A stretch of DNA of 64,000 bases from Azolla caroliniana (lineage: Eukaryota; Plantae; Polypodiophyta), in NCBI GenBank assembly GCA_043228905.1, contig JBHGNT010000016.1:14508001-14572000 (forward strand), read 5' to 3'. A program made the translations under genes and the position numbers. Every line of letters begins with the position of its first letter. Positions within the stretch are counted from its first letter, which is position 1. The notes below the pieces were generated by a model, which was given only the letters and a program-made list of their open reading frames with translations, had not been told where the DNA came from and ran no database searches. Shown one piece after another: positions 21,978 through 34,968 of this stretch.

Positions 21978-22036
21978 ATTTATCCTAATGGTATATGCTT
22001 CGTCCTTGGTGCGTGAGGTTATGGTTTCAAGTCTCT
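21978..22036 (+). promoter_or_regulatory. tRNA(Pro)-like cassette in U3 of E LTRs (also 21118-21176, 31545-31603, 31680-31740)
   Basis: TATCCTAATGGTAT...TTGGTGCGTGAGGT...GGTTTCAAGTCTC; the 31548 copy has TAGCTTAGTGG and GGTTCAAGTCT. Confidence 0.62.
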
Positions 22037-24092
22037 CAAATGTTACTTAATACAATATTGAAGTTTATTTTTATATCGTGAAGCAAATCCTTATGACACC
22101 CACCCCCTTTGAACTTGCACATTGGATGTGCAGAGTTCATCCAAAATCTTGAAAAAACTCTTCATTCCCTTTTTGAATTGGATGTTCCTTGCAGCACTCC
22201 TTGTTTCTTTCATGGTTAGGCCTCCCGGTTAAGAACTATATTGTCTTCCTTCCATCCTAACTCTTGATCCTTGCGAAAGCCAAACCATCATCAATCACAT
22301 TTGTTTCCATCTTTACTACATTGATGTATGGTTGACCAAGGAAGATGGGGTAGGTTGATCTATCCTGCACAAAGAAATTTTGATCCACCGACACATCTCC
22401 CATTGTTACTTTCACATTGGGACATGCTCCGAACAGATCCTCCATAGTCTCTGTGGCAACTCTTATTTTGCACCCATCATTCTTGTCGATCAGCCACCAT
22501 CCTTGAACATAAAATTCCGATGAAATCATGTTAATCTTTGATCCATGATCGATCAAAGCAATACATGGATTTTGTTGCTTCCTAATTTTTGGAGGTGCCT
22601 ATGTTGTTGCTCGAGATCAATGGTCCCTTGTATAATGACTCTTATCCCCTTCATGAATCCCAACATCATTTATCTTCTTTAAACTTGCACCATTAATTGT
22701 GCCACGATCTAAATCTTGGAGTGTTGTTGCACACCCTCCCGTAACTTCTTCCATCAAATGTTTTATATTTGTCACAGCTTCTTTGTCCGAAGCAAGCTTG
22801 AAAGTTGGGTTTGTCTTCCCTTTTACTTTATTAGCTTCTTTCGACTTAGGAGCATCCTTTTCCATCTCTCTTCTCTCTTGTTCTCGTGTCTCATGCATTT
22901 TAGCTAGATTAGCCTCCTCAACCCTCTTTCGCTTCTCTTCCACTAGTACATCTTGTGCATTCACTTGGGCGAATGCTGATAGTGCGTCTACCAGATCATT
23001 CCATCCAGTGAAGTTTCGTATTTCATCACCTGCTCTTTTTAATTCATCCACTCGAACCTTCTCTTTTCTTTCATACTCCACCACATCTTGCCAAAAGCTA
23101 GATCCACCATATGAGTCTTCTACTTGTAACCCTAAGGTTGTCACAGATTGTATTGCTTGAATTGTTTTTATCTCAACATCTTTCATTAACTTTTTCATTC
23201 CACCTTGCCCGAAGTTGAGTAGAGTGGTTGTCGTGTCCCGGTCGAGTGAATCTTACCATCTTGATAGTAGATTTTCTCATGATTAAGAGCATCCCTATGT
23301 TCTTGACAATCTTTCTTTTGGTGGTCGACACTGTCGCACCACATACACCTTCAGACAATGCCACCTCCTTGCCTTGAAAAAGTTGAGCTTTGTCCCGATT
23401 CCAACTTCATCACTTTAATCCAAAAGTCTTTCATGCCTTTCACCTATTCATGCAAGAGTGGCTCTTCTACTTTCTTCTCTCCCAAGTCGTTCCCCGTTTC
23501 ATCTCCCTTCATCTCTTGTAGCTCCATAAACCATAACTTTCTTTTACAAAAATGAGTGCACACTCTTTTCACCTCATCCCAATCTTCGGTAAGTCCACTC
23601 GAACTATTCTGATCTTCTAGAAGCATTCCCAAGTCCTTCCTGTCTTTAATATTAGTGGCGTGTAGAAACAATATTACTTTATCTACCAAGACACTGACTT
23701 GTCAAACACAACATCACAACTTACGCTAGATTGTTTGGTTCGAGGGTTATAACACCTATAACCCTTCTATTTGTCCTAGTAGCCAACCAAGATACACTTC
23801 TCGGCTTTGGCGTCCAACTTCCTCCGTTTTTCCTTCGGCACATGCACATACGTGATGCTACCGAAGACCCTCAAGTGTGCCAAGTTCTGCTTCTTCTTGA
23901 AGTACAACTCATGTGGTGACACTCCTCCATTGGCAGATGCCTGATTCTGGAGGTACACGGTTGTTCTGACTGCTTCGGCCCAATAGAACTTCAGTAGATG
24001 CTTCTCTTCAAGCATCGCCCTTGCCGTCTCTTCTATCGTCTAATTCTTCCTCTCGGCCATGCCGTTTTGCTGCAACGTGTATCTACACGAGA

Positions 24093-24173
24093 TGTTGGGG
24101 ACAAGGTCGTCAGTGCGAAAGAACAAACAACATCTGTGATGTTGAAGGACCTGTGTATGAGAATGAACAAGAT

Positions 24174-24263
<90 letters not shown>

Positions 24264-27200
24264 GCACAAAGAAACGTCTTATTTCTTAATAGCAACAGTT
24301 ACAAATGACAACCAACTCTCACTAAAGGTTACAAAGTCACTTTATATAGTGACTATCCTAGGGCAACTGCCCTTTATGCTATTTATAGAAATAGCCCAAA
24401 CTTGGGTTGTCTAAAGGGACAGTGTGAATACGGCCATTATACACTCGTATTCAACACTCCCCCGTAATGGGCGTATACATGGGTTATCTTAAATTACAAG
24501 TATATGCAAGGTTTATCGGACATATCGGTTTTGTTCGAGTCGGCAAGATCTGAAGATAGAAGACCGAACCGGTCGGGTCAGAAAAGCTGAAGCCGATCCT
24601 CAAAGAACCGATGTCGGTTGTCCGAAACCATCCCGTGTTGTGTGTCTGACTTTTTAACCGGACTGATTTTTCGTTACGCCCATCTGGTGCTGAAGGGACC
24701 GGAAGCGATCCGCCGAAAGACACTTGGTCATTCCATCTACGACATTATCGATTGTGGATATCTTCTCGAGACCGATTTTCCCTGAAATGACGCAGTCCCG
24801 AACAAAGTGATATCGAATGTCGATATGCTTGGAGGCGTTGTGGTGAACCAGATTTTTTGACAAAGCAACAACACCCTGACTGTCGTTGTAGACAACTGGA
24901 GCTGAGTCGAGGTTGACTTGTCGAAACGTGTGCGCCAGCCGACCGAGACATAAAGCTTCTTTTGCCGCGTCGGACGTAGCTACATATTCCACTTCAGTCG
25001 TTGAGGTGGTTGTGCACTCTTGAAGTTTTGACTTCCACGAGATTGCTCCATTGCCGAATTTGAAACAATATCTGGTTGTTGATATCTGGTTGTCCACGCA
25101 ACCGGCGAAGTTCGAGTTGGTGTAACCAACTACGCCTGAGGTTGTGTTCAGGCCAAAAAGAATGTCGTGGTTTTTTGTGCCAGCTAGATATCTGAACACA
25201 TGCTTGACTGCATTCTAGTGCGATCGGCCTGGGTTGTGCATGAATCTGCTAACGACTCCTACGGTGTGAGAAATATCAGGCCGTGTCGTGACCATCGTGT
25301 ACATAAGGGAGCTGACTGCCGGTGCATACGGTACCAAATTCATTTCTTCCCCCTCCGGATCGGATGTCGGGCAGTCTCGTTGAGACAGCCGAAGGTTAAT
25401 GGCGAGCGGGGTCAAAGCAGACTTGGCCGAGTGCATGTTGAAGCGTTCCAAGACACGTCCGATGTAGTCGGTTTGAGACAAGAAAAGTTGTCGTGTATCA
25501 CAATGCCGACTAATCTTCATACCATGTATGTGTCTTGCCGGACTGAGGTCCTTCATGGAAAACTTCAACCGCAGTTTTTGAACGAGTTCGGTGAGCTCTC
25601 CGGCATGTCGGCCGGAGAGTAGCATGTCGTCCACGTAAATGATGAGGAAGATGGGAGACCTAACTTGAGTTGTTTTGGTGAAGAGACAGTGGTCCTCATT
25701 GCTCTTGGAGAAGCCGACCGATTGGATGAAGTTGTCGAACTTGTACCACTATCGGGGTGCTTGTTTTAGGCCATATAAACTCTTCCTGAGTCGACAAACT
25801 AGATGTTCTTGGTCGGATGCCACAAAGCCTTTCGGCTGCTCCATATAGATTTCCTCCTGTAGGTCACCGTGGAGGAATGCCGTTTTTACATCTAGCTGAA
25901 TCAGCTCCAAGTTGTCGGCGGCCACGACCCTGAGCATGAAACGAAGGCTTGTCATTTTCACCACTGGTGAAAAGATTTCGTTGAAGTCGACGCCATATTT
26001 TTGTCAAAATCCCTTCGCAACTAATCTGGCCTTGTACTTTGGGTTGGTTGAGTCGGATGTCTCTTTTAGTTGATAGACCCACTTACACAGAAGAGCACGT
26101 CGATTCTTCGGTAATTCGACCAAGTCCCAAGCCTTGTTAGCGCGAATGGAGTGCATTTCCGACTCCATCGCAAGATGCCAAGTGGCTAAGTCAGCATATG
26201 CTAATGCTTCTTCATAAGACGTCGGTTCACCGACGTTAGTAAAGAAAATTTTGGGAGAGTACCTTTCCGGAGGTTGCGACAGTCTCTCGGATCTTCGAGG
26301 TATGACTGGACTGGTCGCATCGAGTATAGGTGTCGGATGGTCGGAAGCCGAGCCATTCGGTTGTGCTGAATCAGTGGATTCAGGACGAGAGGTGTTGGTT
26401 ACCCATGAAACCGATCTCGTGTTGTGGGCTGAGCCTTCATGAGGGGTTGGCACTTTGGAAAATATTACCCTTCGGACTTCAATAGGCCTTTCGGCCGTTT
26501 TATGCATAGCCGACTCGTTGAAAACGATGTCCGAACTTCAGACGATTTGTCTGTGCTCGGGGTCCTAGAGTCGGTATCGAATCTCGCTATTGGGTCCATA
26601 TCCAAGGAAAATGCATTTCCTTGATCTTGGTTCGAGTTTCCGGCGGTCGTCTTTCGGTATGAGGGCATACGCCTCGCAGTCGAAGATCCTCAGCTTGTCA
26701 TAATTCGGCTTACTACCGGTCCATGTTTCCTGAGGTATTTTAAGTCCTAGAGGTGTACTTGGCGACATATTTATTATGTGTATTACCGTAAGTAGAGAGT
26801 CCGCCCAGAAGCCATCCGACAGTCCAGAGTGTTGGAGCATGGATATTATGCGTTCTTGAATCGTCCGATTCATGCGTTCAACAATTCCGTTCTGCTTCGG
26901 ACTATAGGGTGTCGTATATTCACGTCGAATGCCGCGTTCCCGGCAAAATTTGACGAATTCGTCAGACTTAAATTCTCCTCCATTATCGATTCGGAGACAT
27001 TTTACTTTCCGACCGGTCTGGTTTTCGACCATTGCAAGCCATTCGGAGAAGATCGAGAACATCCAATCTTTGGTTCTAATGGGGTATGCCCACACCTTCC
27101 GAGTTGAGTCGTCAATAAAACTGACGAAGTATGAAGCACCATCGAGAGACTAATGTGGCATCGGGTCATAGACGTCTGAGTGGACCAAATCGAGGGGACT

Positions 27201-29475
27201 TGATTCTCTTGGTGCTGATGTTGGGTGTGATGCGACTACCTGATTGCCGTACTGGCAAAGCTTGCAGAATTGGTGATCCGAGAAGGAGATCATGGGGATG
27301 TAACCGGCTCTGGATAGGTGCGTTATGCCGGCCTTGCTGAGGTGTCCAAGTCGTCCGTGCCATAACGATGACACGTGGATATCAACCAAAAATAAGTCAC
27401 CCTCTTTGAGTGTACCTTTGGTCCTCGAGCAAGCAGGAGGTTCCCTTTGTGGAGTGTCCACCCTCCTTATGAGAACCCAACATGGATGCCGACTTCGTCA
27501 AGTTGTCCGACTGAGATCAAGGGTCCTGAAAGCTCAAGAACGTGTCGGAGATTGTGTAGTACGAGTGTAGAGCCACCCGAAAGGTTGAGCTCTATAGTGC
27601 CGATTCCGATTATGGCATAGTGTTGCGAGTTCCTGACTTGAACTGAGTCGGATTGCCGGTCTGAGTATTGCTGAAACTGAGATCGGTGAGGTGTCACATG
27701 ATACGATGTGCCCGAGTCCAGGAGCCACGTGCTCGATTCCTCATTCGTAAGTAGAACTTATGATTCGACTGGGTTCTCTACGGATAGTATGTTCGGGTCG
27801 GTCGTCAAAATTTCGGTTGAAGAGCTGACATAGTTGACCTCCTCATGCCAGCTACTCTTCTAATCCGCTCTTTGAGCTTTGTCGGTTTTTGCTTTGAGTG
27901 CCCGATAGTCGGCTTTGATGTGTCCTGGTTTCTTGTAGTAGTTGCAGATTTGGTTGTCCCGGGACTTGCTCCGGCTTCACTAATTGTTCGGCGATTGGGA
28001 AGAACTTCTTCCCCTGTTGTTCGATCGGTCGGTCGAACCTTGTACTACGTAAGATTCATCTGCCGAGTCTTTGGCGAAAGACTTTCTCCGAGCTACTTCA
28101 GTCAGGATTGCGCTCGTGATTTCGGAGTACTTAATGGCAGTTGTTGAAGCGTTGCACATGGTTGTGACGAAAGTTTCCCAAGAAGAGGGGAGACTACTCA
28201 TGAGTATCATTGCTCTAAGTTCATCCTCTATTGCCGTCCCCTGAGACGATATTTGGGAGCTTAGGCTTTTGTACTCGTTGAGGTGTGCCTGAACCGAATC
28301 AGATTCTTTCATCCACAAGTTGTAGAGGCGCCGGATCAGATACATCTCCGTTGCGGCGACCTTCTTTTCATAAGTTTCCGACAGTGTTTTCCAAAGTTCA
28401 AAAGTTGTCGAGCATGATTGCACTGTGAAGTACACTGACTTTGACAAGTGCATCCGAATCATGGCGCGGACGATTCTGTCCAACTTTAGCCACTCGTTTG
28501 CCTTGTATGCTTCTGGAGTATTCTCATTCTCAATCGGGTCTATCTGACCCTTGACTATGAGATAGTCCTGCATTTGTTCCTTCCAGAAGTTGAAGTTTGA
28601 ACCGTTGAACCTCCTTAGACTCATCTCTGATGAGCTGGATGTTGATGTGATCTGATTCGGTTTCGGTTGGTAAGACTCTGTTCGAAGTTGACTAGGAACC
28701 TTAGTTGGGTGCAGCCAGTTGGTTCACCCGATATTGTTCTAGTCGGTCTTGAACCTGAGTCGGTTTGGTTTCGGATACTTGTTTGCTGAACCTTCTTGGA
28801 GTGACTCCGGTTAGCTTCCGATTGTATGCCGAATACCGATCACAAGAAACTGATTGTTTAGGCCGATTCTGCTTCGGATGACTGTAGCGATGAGAGGAAC
28901 GGATCCAACTGATCCTCCCGAATGTTGATCAGCCAAATGAAGCACGAATTTGATTGTTGCCTGGAGACCAATCTCAAGTGGTTACAATCACAGGAATAGA
29001 GTACAACCGACTAACTTACTCCAATTAGTGATTTAACACAGTGAGATGCAAACTTCTTGTTTGTCTTCTCTCTTCTCTATTCTTCAAGAAAGAACAGAAA
29101 CATAATGTTGTGTGGTGTACTATGACGGCCGGCAGCGGGTTGAACAACCTCCAACGCTCTGATACCAAATGTTGGGGACAAGGTCGTCAGTGTGGAAGAA
29201 CAAACAACATCTATGATGTTGAAGGTCCTGTGTATGAGAATGAACAAGATATACAGACAAGGAGAGAGAGAGAGAGAGATAGGCACAAAGAAATGTCTTA
29301 TTTCTTAATAGAAACAGTTACAAATGACAACCAACTCTCACTAAAGGTTACAAAGTCACTTTATATAGTGACTATCCTAGGGCAACTGCCCTTTATGCTA
29401 TTTACAGAAATAGCCCAAACTTGGGCTGTCCAAAGGGACAGTGTGAATACGGCCATTATACACTTGTATTCGACA
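24093..29475 (-). mobile_element. Decayed full-length copia element G (Tnt1/Tork-like)
   Basis: LTRs 24093-24456 and 29170-29475; TSD CGAGA; PBS TGGTATCAGAGCGTT at 29153-29167; PPT; fragmented gag (FNGSNFNFWK), IN, RT and RH. Confidence 0.93.
24177..24260. repeat. (CA)n(GA)n microsatellite expanded in the G 3' LTR
   Basis: Long GA run versus a much shorter one in the 5' LTR; explains most of the LTR length difference. Confidence 0.9.
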
Positions 29476-30645
29476 CGAGAATCCGCATCAAATTCCCTCC
29501 TTCTGTAGATAACTCAAGACTTGGTCGGAGAAGTACTCCTTCCCGCCACCGGAGCTTAGGCACTTGATCTTTCGCCCGGTTTCCCTTTCTGCAAGGCTCT
29601 AAACCTTCAAGAAACATGCGAAAACTTCGCTCTTTTTCGCGATCAAGCATGCCCAAGTGTGCCGAGTGAAGTCATCGATGAAGGTTACGAAGTAACGACT
29701 TCCTCCAATGCTCATGTTCTATGCCGGTCCCCATATATCCGAATGGATCACATCGAGTGGATTTCAACTCCGATTACGATCGTTGGGAAATGGAAGTCGG
29801 TGTTGCTTCCTGAGCTGGCAGGCTTCGCAGTCTTGGCCGTTCCGGCCACGAAATTTCGGCAATCCGAAAACGATGTTCTTCGTCTGCATTTCACGAAGCC
29901 GTGGGAAACAAACATGGCCGAACCGCTTGTGCCATAGGTCGATGTCGGACTCGACCTTCTGTCCTTTTGCAAACAACACGGTTCTGACTTCATTGGTATT
30001 GAGGATGAACATCCTCCCTTCTTGGTGCCCTTGAGCAATGACTTTGCCCTCCTCTTCGATGTAACAACCGAGATGCGTGAACCGAACTTGCATCCCCTGG
30101 TCGACGATTTGTCCAACTGACACCAGGTTCTTCGTTATTGTCGGGAGGTGTAACACGTTCATGAGTTTCCCTTTCTGCCCGACATGGCTGAGGGGAACTT
30201 CACCTACATGTTCGATGGTATGCGGAGTGTCGTCTCCAATTTTGACCACTCCATGTTTTTCTGGTTTCTCCAAGTACGAGAACCATTCCTTATGACTCGT
30301 CATATAATTTGATGCTCCAGAGTCAACATACCATACCTCGTTTGGTTTCGAGGTGTTCACCGCCATCGAATTGGCCTTGTGCTTCATTATGAAGGCTGGG
30401 CCTGATCCATTTTTGGCTCGTTTGGAGCCCTCAACGTAGTGCGATTGTTGCCGATTTCTTTGTTCAGTCCGACCGGAGCCGGATGCGGTTTTCTCCGAAT
30501 CGACGCGTTTCTTCCAACACTCGCTCTCCTTGTGGCCTTTCTTACCACAGTACTAGCATTCCGCAGTAGGCTTTCCTTGCCAGTTTCCAGCGCCTATCGA
30601 CTGCCTCCATTGCGGGCCGACTTGCCTCTTCCGCCACGACAACGG

Positions 30646-32087
30646 TGTCAGAGTAGTTGTGGATCGTGCGACGAAGTCACAGGGACTAAGATTAAACGGA
30701 GTTGGCTATATATTTTATAAGGCTTGTGCAACAATTTTAGGAAGATTAAGGATAGGAAGAGCAAGAGTTAGAAGTAATGTGCGAGAGACAAATGAGCATA
30801 GATAATTTAGATAAGAGACAATGCATGATTTAAGAAGTGAAAATCTATTATAAGAACAAGCTTTATATTAACAACACAATATTTTACCATCATTTGTTCC
30901 ATCATCGTACACATGCTGCTTTCACGTCGGGCTCACCAAATGTGTTGGAGTAGTTGTGGTTCATGCGGCGAAGTTGCATGGACTAAGGTTAAAAGGAGTT
31001 GGCTATATATTTTATAAGGCTTGTGCAAAAATGTTAGGAAGATTAAGGATAGGAAGAACAAGTTAGAAGTAATGTGCGAGAGATAGATAAGCATAGATAA
31101 GAGATAAGAGATAATGTATGATTTAAGAAGTGAAAATGTGTTATAAGAACAAGCTTTATATTAACAACACAATATTTTACCAAAGTTACAATGTCAATCA
31201 CAAAAGGCGACTTTTCTTTTGCTGAACTCTAGATTTGAACCCTCGACTCCAACCTCGAAACATGAGCCTCTTCCCAAATGAGCTGACTTGTTTGTTTGAT
31301 TATATTATTTCTCTAGCTTTCTCTTGATTGATTACCTGTTTCCCTTCCCCTCTTTATATAAGTATTGTCATGCATATGGTAATGTCTGGGAGGATGGCAT
31401 GCATGCAATGCATGACTTTGATGTGATGCATGATTGCCATTTGGTGCACATGCACTACATGTGATGCATGATAGCCATCATGCTCATTTGAGCTCTCATG
31501 TATGAAAATGGATATAGGATAAGTATAATCTTTTAAAATGAATAACCTAGCTTAGTGGTGTATACCTTGTGCTTGGTATACAAGGTTGAGGGTTCAAGTC
31601 TCCCAATTTTACTCAATACAATATTTAGCTTTATTCATATGTCATGTAGCATTCTTTACAATACTTCTAAAAATAAATAGCCTAGCCTAGTAGTATGTAT
31701 AATGTACTTCTTATATAACGGTGTGGGTTCAAGTCTCTCAAATACTACTAAATAAAATATTTAAGTTCATTTTTATATCGTGAAGCACATTCTTCACGAC
31801 ACCCACTCCCTCTGAACTTGCACATTGGTTGTGTAGAGTTCATCCAACACTTCTTCCGATTCTTTTAGTTCTTCTACTTCTTCATAAAATTTGGGATCTA
31901 GTGACTCCCTCCTTTTAAATATTTTAATCATTTTTCCTGCAATTGGGACACAAATTTCTGTCCCATCTAATTCATTGAGGAAATATGTAGCCTTATATGT
32001 TATTTTCCTAACTTCATAAGGTCCAAACCATCTTTTGGCGAACTTCCGAATAGTATTGTATTGGTTATCTAGGCTACTATCATATAC
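30646..32087 (-). mobile_element. Family-E gypsy complex: truncated LTR E3 (30646-30888), tRNA-Trp PBS (30921-30938), LTR E4 (30943-31801), PPT and integrase C-terminus
   Basis: LTR homology to E1/E2; TTCACGTCGGGCTCACCA; CACGACA|CCCACTCCCTC; KFAKRWFGPYEV...IAGK matches the F integrase end. Confidence 0.85.
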
Positions 32088-34968
32088 TGTTGAGAGACAA
32101 GCTCAACATTGGGTGCATAAACGGGTACGTAACCCAGTACGTAGACTGGGTGTGTAAAACCGTACGCAAAATATGGTCGTGGCGGTATTTAAACCGAAAG
32201 GCCGTTAGAACGTTATTCCTTGTAAGGAATAGTTTTGGGTGTTAGTGTAGAAGGATCATTTATGAGCGGTCAAGTACTGTCAGTACTTGTGTCAGCCCAA
32301 TAGTTAGGGCTTGTATAAAAGGTGCTCACTGAGCACGAAATATGTATAGAGAACATACAGAGAATTATTTTGAATGTAGTTTGTAGTTTCTGCTCTCTCT
32401 CTCTCTCTCTCCCCCCCTCTCACTTTCTCTGTGATTTCTGTGTTTCACCGAACTATCGTACTACCGAACAATGTAATCTATGTTTTACGCATATGCTTCC
32501 GCACACGTATTCTTTTCATGGTATCAGAGCGCGAGGGTTGAGACTCCTCTGCAGCCGACAGAAAAGCTTGCGATAAAGACAGAGTTATGTTATTGTTTTT
32601 CGGAAAGGTTAAGACATCAATATGGACAGAGGAATGGGAAGCTCACTACTGACTGAGAAGCTCGACAGGAGCAACTATGCATCTTGGTCGTACAAGATGC
32701 ACTAGTACCTGCTTGGTCATGGCTACTGGAGTTATGTCGATGGAGTTAATGATGCAGCACCCGAATCGACACACAGAGACTTTTCGGCTTGGGAACAAGT
32801 GGCAAGCAGAGTTCTTTACTGCTTCGCGTCCTATGTGAGCGACCAGCTCTTGAGCTACATTCGGGATGCTAAGACGCCAAAGGACGCGTGGGCGAACCTC
32901 AAGAGGATTTTCGCCGCTAGCACAACGGCCAAGAAGTTGCAGCTCAGGCAGGAGCTCAACAATGTCCGACAGAAAGATCTGTCTGTGGCCGATTACATGA
33001 CCCGAATCAAGGAGATCTGTGACTCTCTCGGCTCCGTCAACGTGAACGTCGAGGAGGAAGAAATGGTGCAGGTCTGCCTCGGTGGGTTAGCGTCAAAGTT
33101 CGGAGCATTCCAGACGGCGGCCTGCACAAGGGGGATTATGCCTTCGTTCTTCGAGCTTCAATTGATGTTGCTCATGGAGGAAAATTATGCGGGTGCGTCA
33201 ACGAGTACGTACACCGACATCAAGATGTTGTACACGGAGGAAGATAGGCCCCGTAGTTGTGACGGATGAGATGGATCGACACGCAATGTAGGCGGCCGAA
33301 AAGAGCAGAACGTGTAGCATAATCGAAATGTAGGAAGCAATTTCGAACCCTCCGAAAGCAGGGGAGTCATAGCGGTGCCGGAAGCCTTCGTGATATCCAA
33401 CTTTCGTGATGAAGTACAAGGCCAATTCGAAGGCCATGAACACCTTGAAATCGAGCAAGGTGTGGCGTGTTGATTTCGGAGCGTCAAATCATATGACGAG
33501 TCATGAGAAATGGTTCTCGTACTTGGAGAAACCGGAAAAACAAGGAGTGGTCGAAACGGGAGACGACACTCCGCATACCATCGAACATGTCGGAGAAGTT
33601 CCTCTCAGCCACATGGGTAGAAAGGGAAACTTATGAACGTGTTGCACATCCCGACAATAACCAAGACCTTGGTGTCGGTCGGACAGATCGTTGACCAGGG
33701 GTTGCAAGTTCGATTCATGCATCTCAGGTGCTACATCGAAGAGGAAGGCCAAGTTATCACACAAGGGTGTCGTGAAGGTAGGATGTTTATTCTCGACACT
33801 AATCAAGCCGGAACTGCGATGTTCACGAAAGGACAAAAGGTCGAGTCAGACATCGACCTGTGGCACAAGTGGTTCGGCCATGTTAACTTCCCATGGCTTC
33901 CTGAAATGTAGGCAAAGAACATTGTTTTCAACTTGCCGGAATTTTGGGGTCGTAATGGCCAAGTCTGTGAAGCCTGCCAACTCGGGAAGCAACACCGACT
34001 TGCATTCCCTAATAAACGTAATCGTAGTCGAAATCCGCTGGATTTGATCCATTCGGATGTGTGGGGACCGACACTGAATGTGAGTTTCTGTGGAAGCCGT
34101 TACTTCGTAACCTTCATCGATGACTTCACTCGACATACCTGGGCATGCTTGATCACGAAAAAGAGCGAAGTCTTCGCGTGGTTCCTAAAAGTGAAAAACC
34201 TTGTAGAAAGGGAAACAAGACGTAAGCTCAAGTGCTTACGGTTCGATGGTGGGAAGGAGTACTTCTCCAACTAGTTCACGAGTTATCTACAAAAGAAGGG
34301 AATTCGATGCGAATTCTCGTGTAGATATACGCCGGAGCAAAACGGCATAGCCGAGCGAAAGAATCAGATGATCGAAGAAGTCGCCAGGGCAATGCTTGAA
34401 GAGAAGCATATGCCGAAGTTTTACTAGGCTGAAGCCGTAAGGACGGTTATTTACTTACAAAATCAGACCTCTACTAATGGAGGAGTGTCGCCACAAGAGT
34501 TGTATTATGGCAAGAAGCCGAACTTGGAACACTTGAGGATTTTCGGCAGCATTATGTATGTGCATGTGCCAAAGGAGAAGAGGAGGAAGCTGGATGTCAA
34601 AGCCGAAAAGTGCATCTTAGTCGGTTATTTAGACGAGCAAAAGGGGTATAAGTGCTATAACCCCCGAACGAAGGAAGTTCGCGTAAGCCGAGATGTCGTG
34701 TTCGACAAGTCCGCTTCGTGGTACTTGCCTTCACCTCCAATACCTCAAAACTCCATTCCGAATTCTGAAGAAGAGATCAACGAGGTTGAAATGCCTCTGC
34801 ATGATGAGGAAATCGGAGCTCTGACAAAGAGTCCGATCTCATTTCGGCTAAGTGGGCCAAATGAGGAGTTGGGCCGAAATGGCCAATCCAATGAAGAGCC
34901 GGCGAGTAGTGCAGACTCGGCCGTGTTGTCCCTGCGTAGAGAATTGAGGAGACGGTTTATGCATATAT

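Larger units (their letters stand above)
21347..23695 (-). mobile_element. Family-E gypsy E2: 3' LTR (21347-22098), PPT and decayed gag-PR; pol absent, 5' end truncated
   Basis: LTR...ATGACA|CCCACCCCC; IDHGSKIN protease and VDKVILFL gag homologous to F; protease end lies ~100 bp from the PPT. Confidence 0.85.
23697..30645 (-). pseudogene. Family-D copia internal fragment D3 (gag knuckle, PR, IN), split by element G into 23697-24092 and 29481-30645
   Basis: WYVDSGASN, LWHKRFGH, CEACQL, FYWAEAVRT, KLDAKAEKC; homologous to element H. Confidence 0.85.

Noticed and set aside
23998-24414. ERERER / SLSLSL ORFs
   Set aside because: Artefacts of the (GA)n microsatellite in the G LTR.
31545-31603. 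Functional tRNA genes in the LTRs
   Set aside because: Acceptor stems do not pair and anticodon regions vary among copies; reported only as tRNA-derived A/B-box cassettes.
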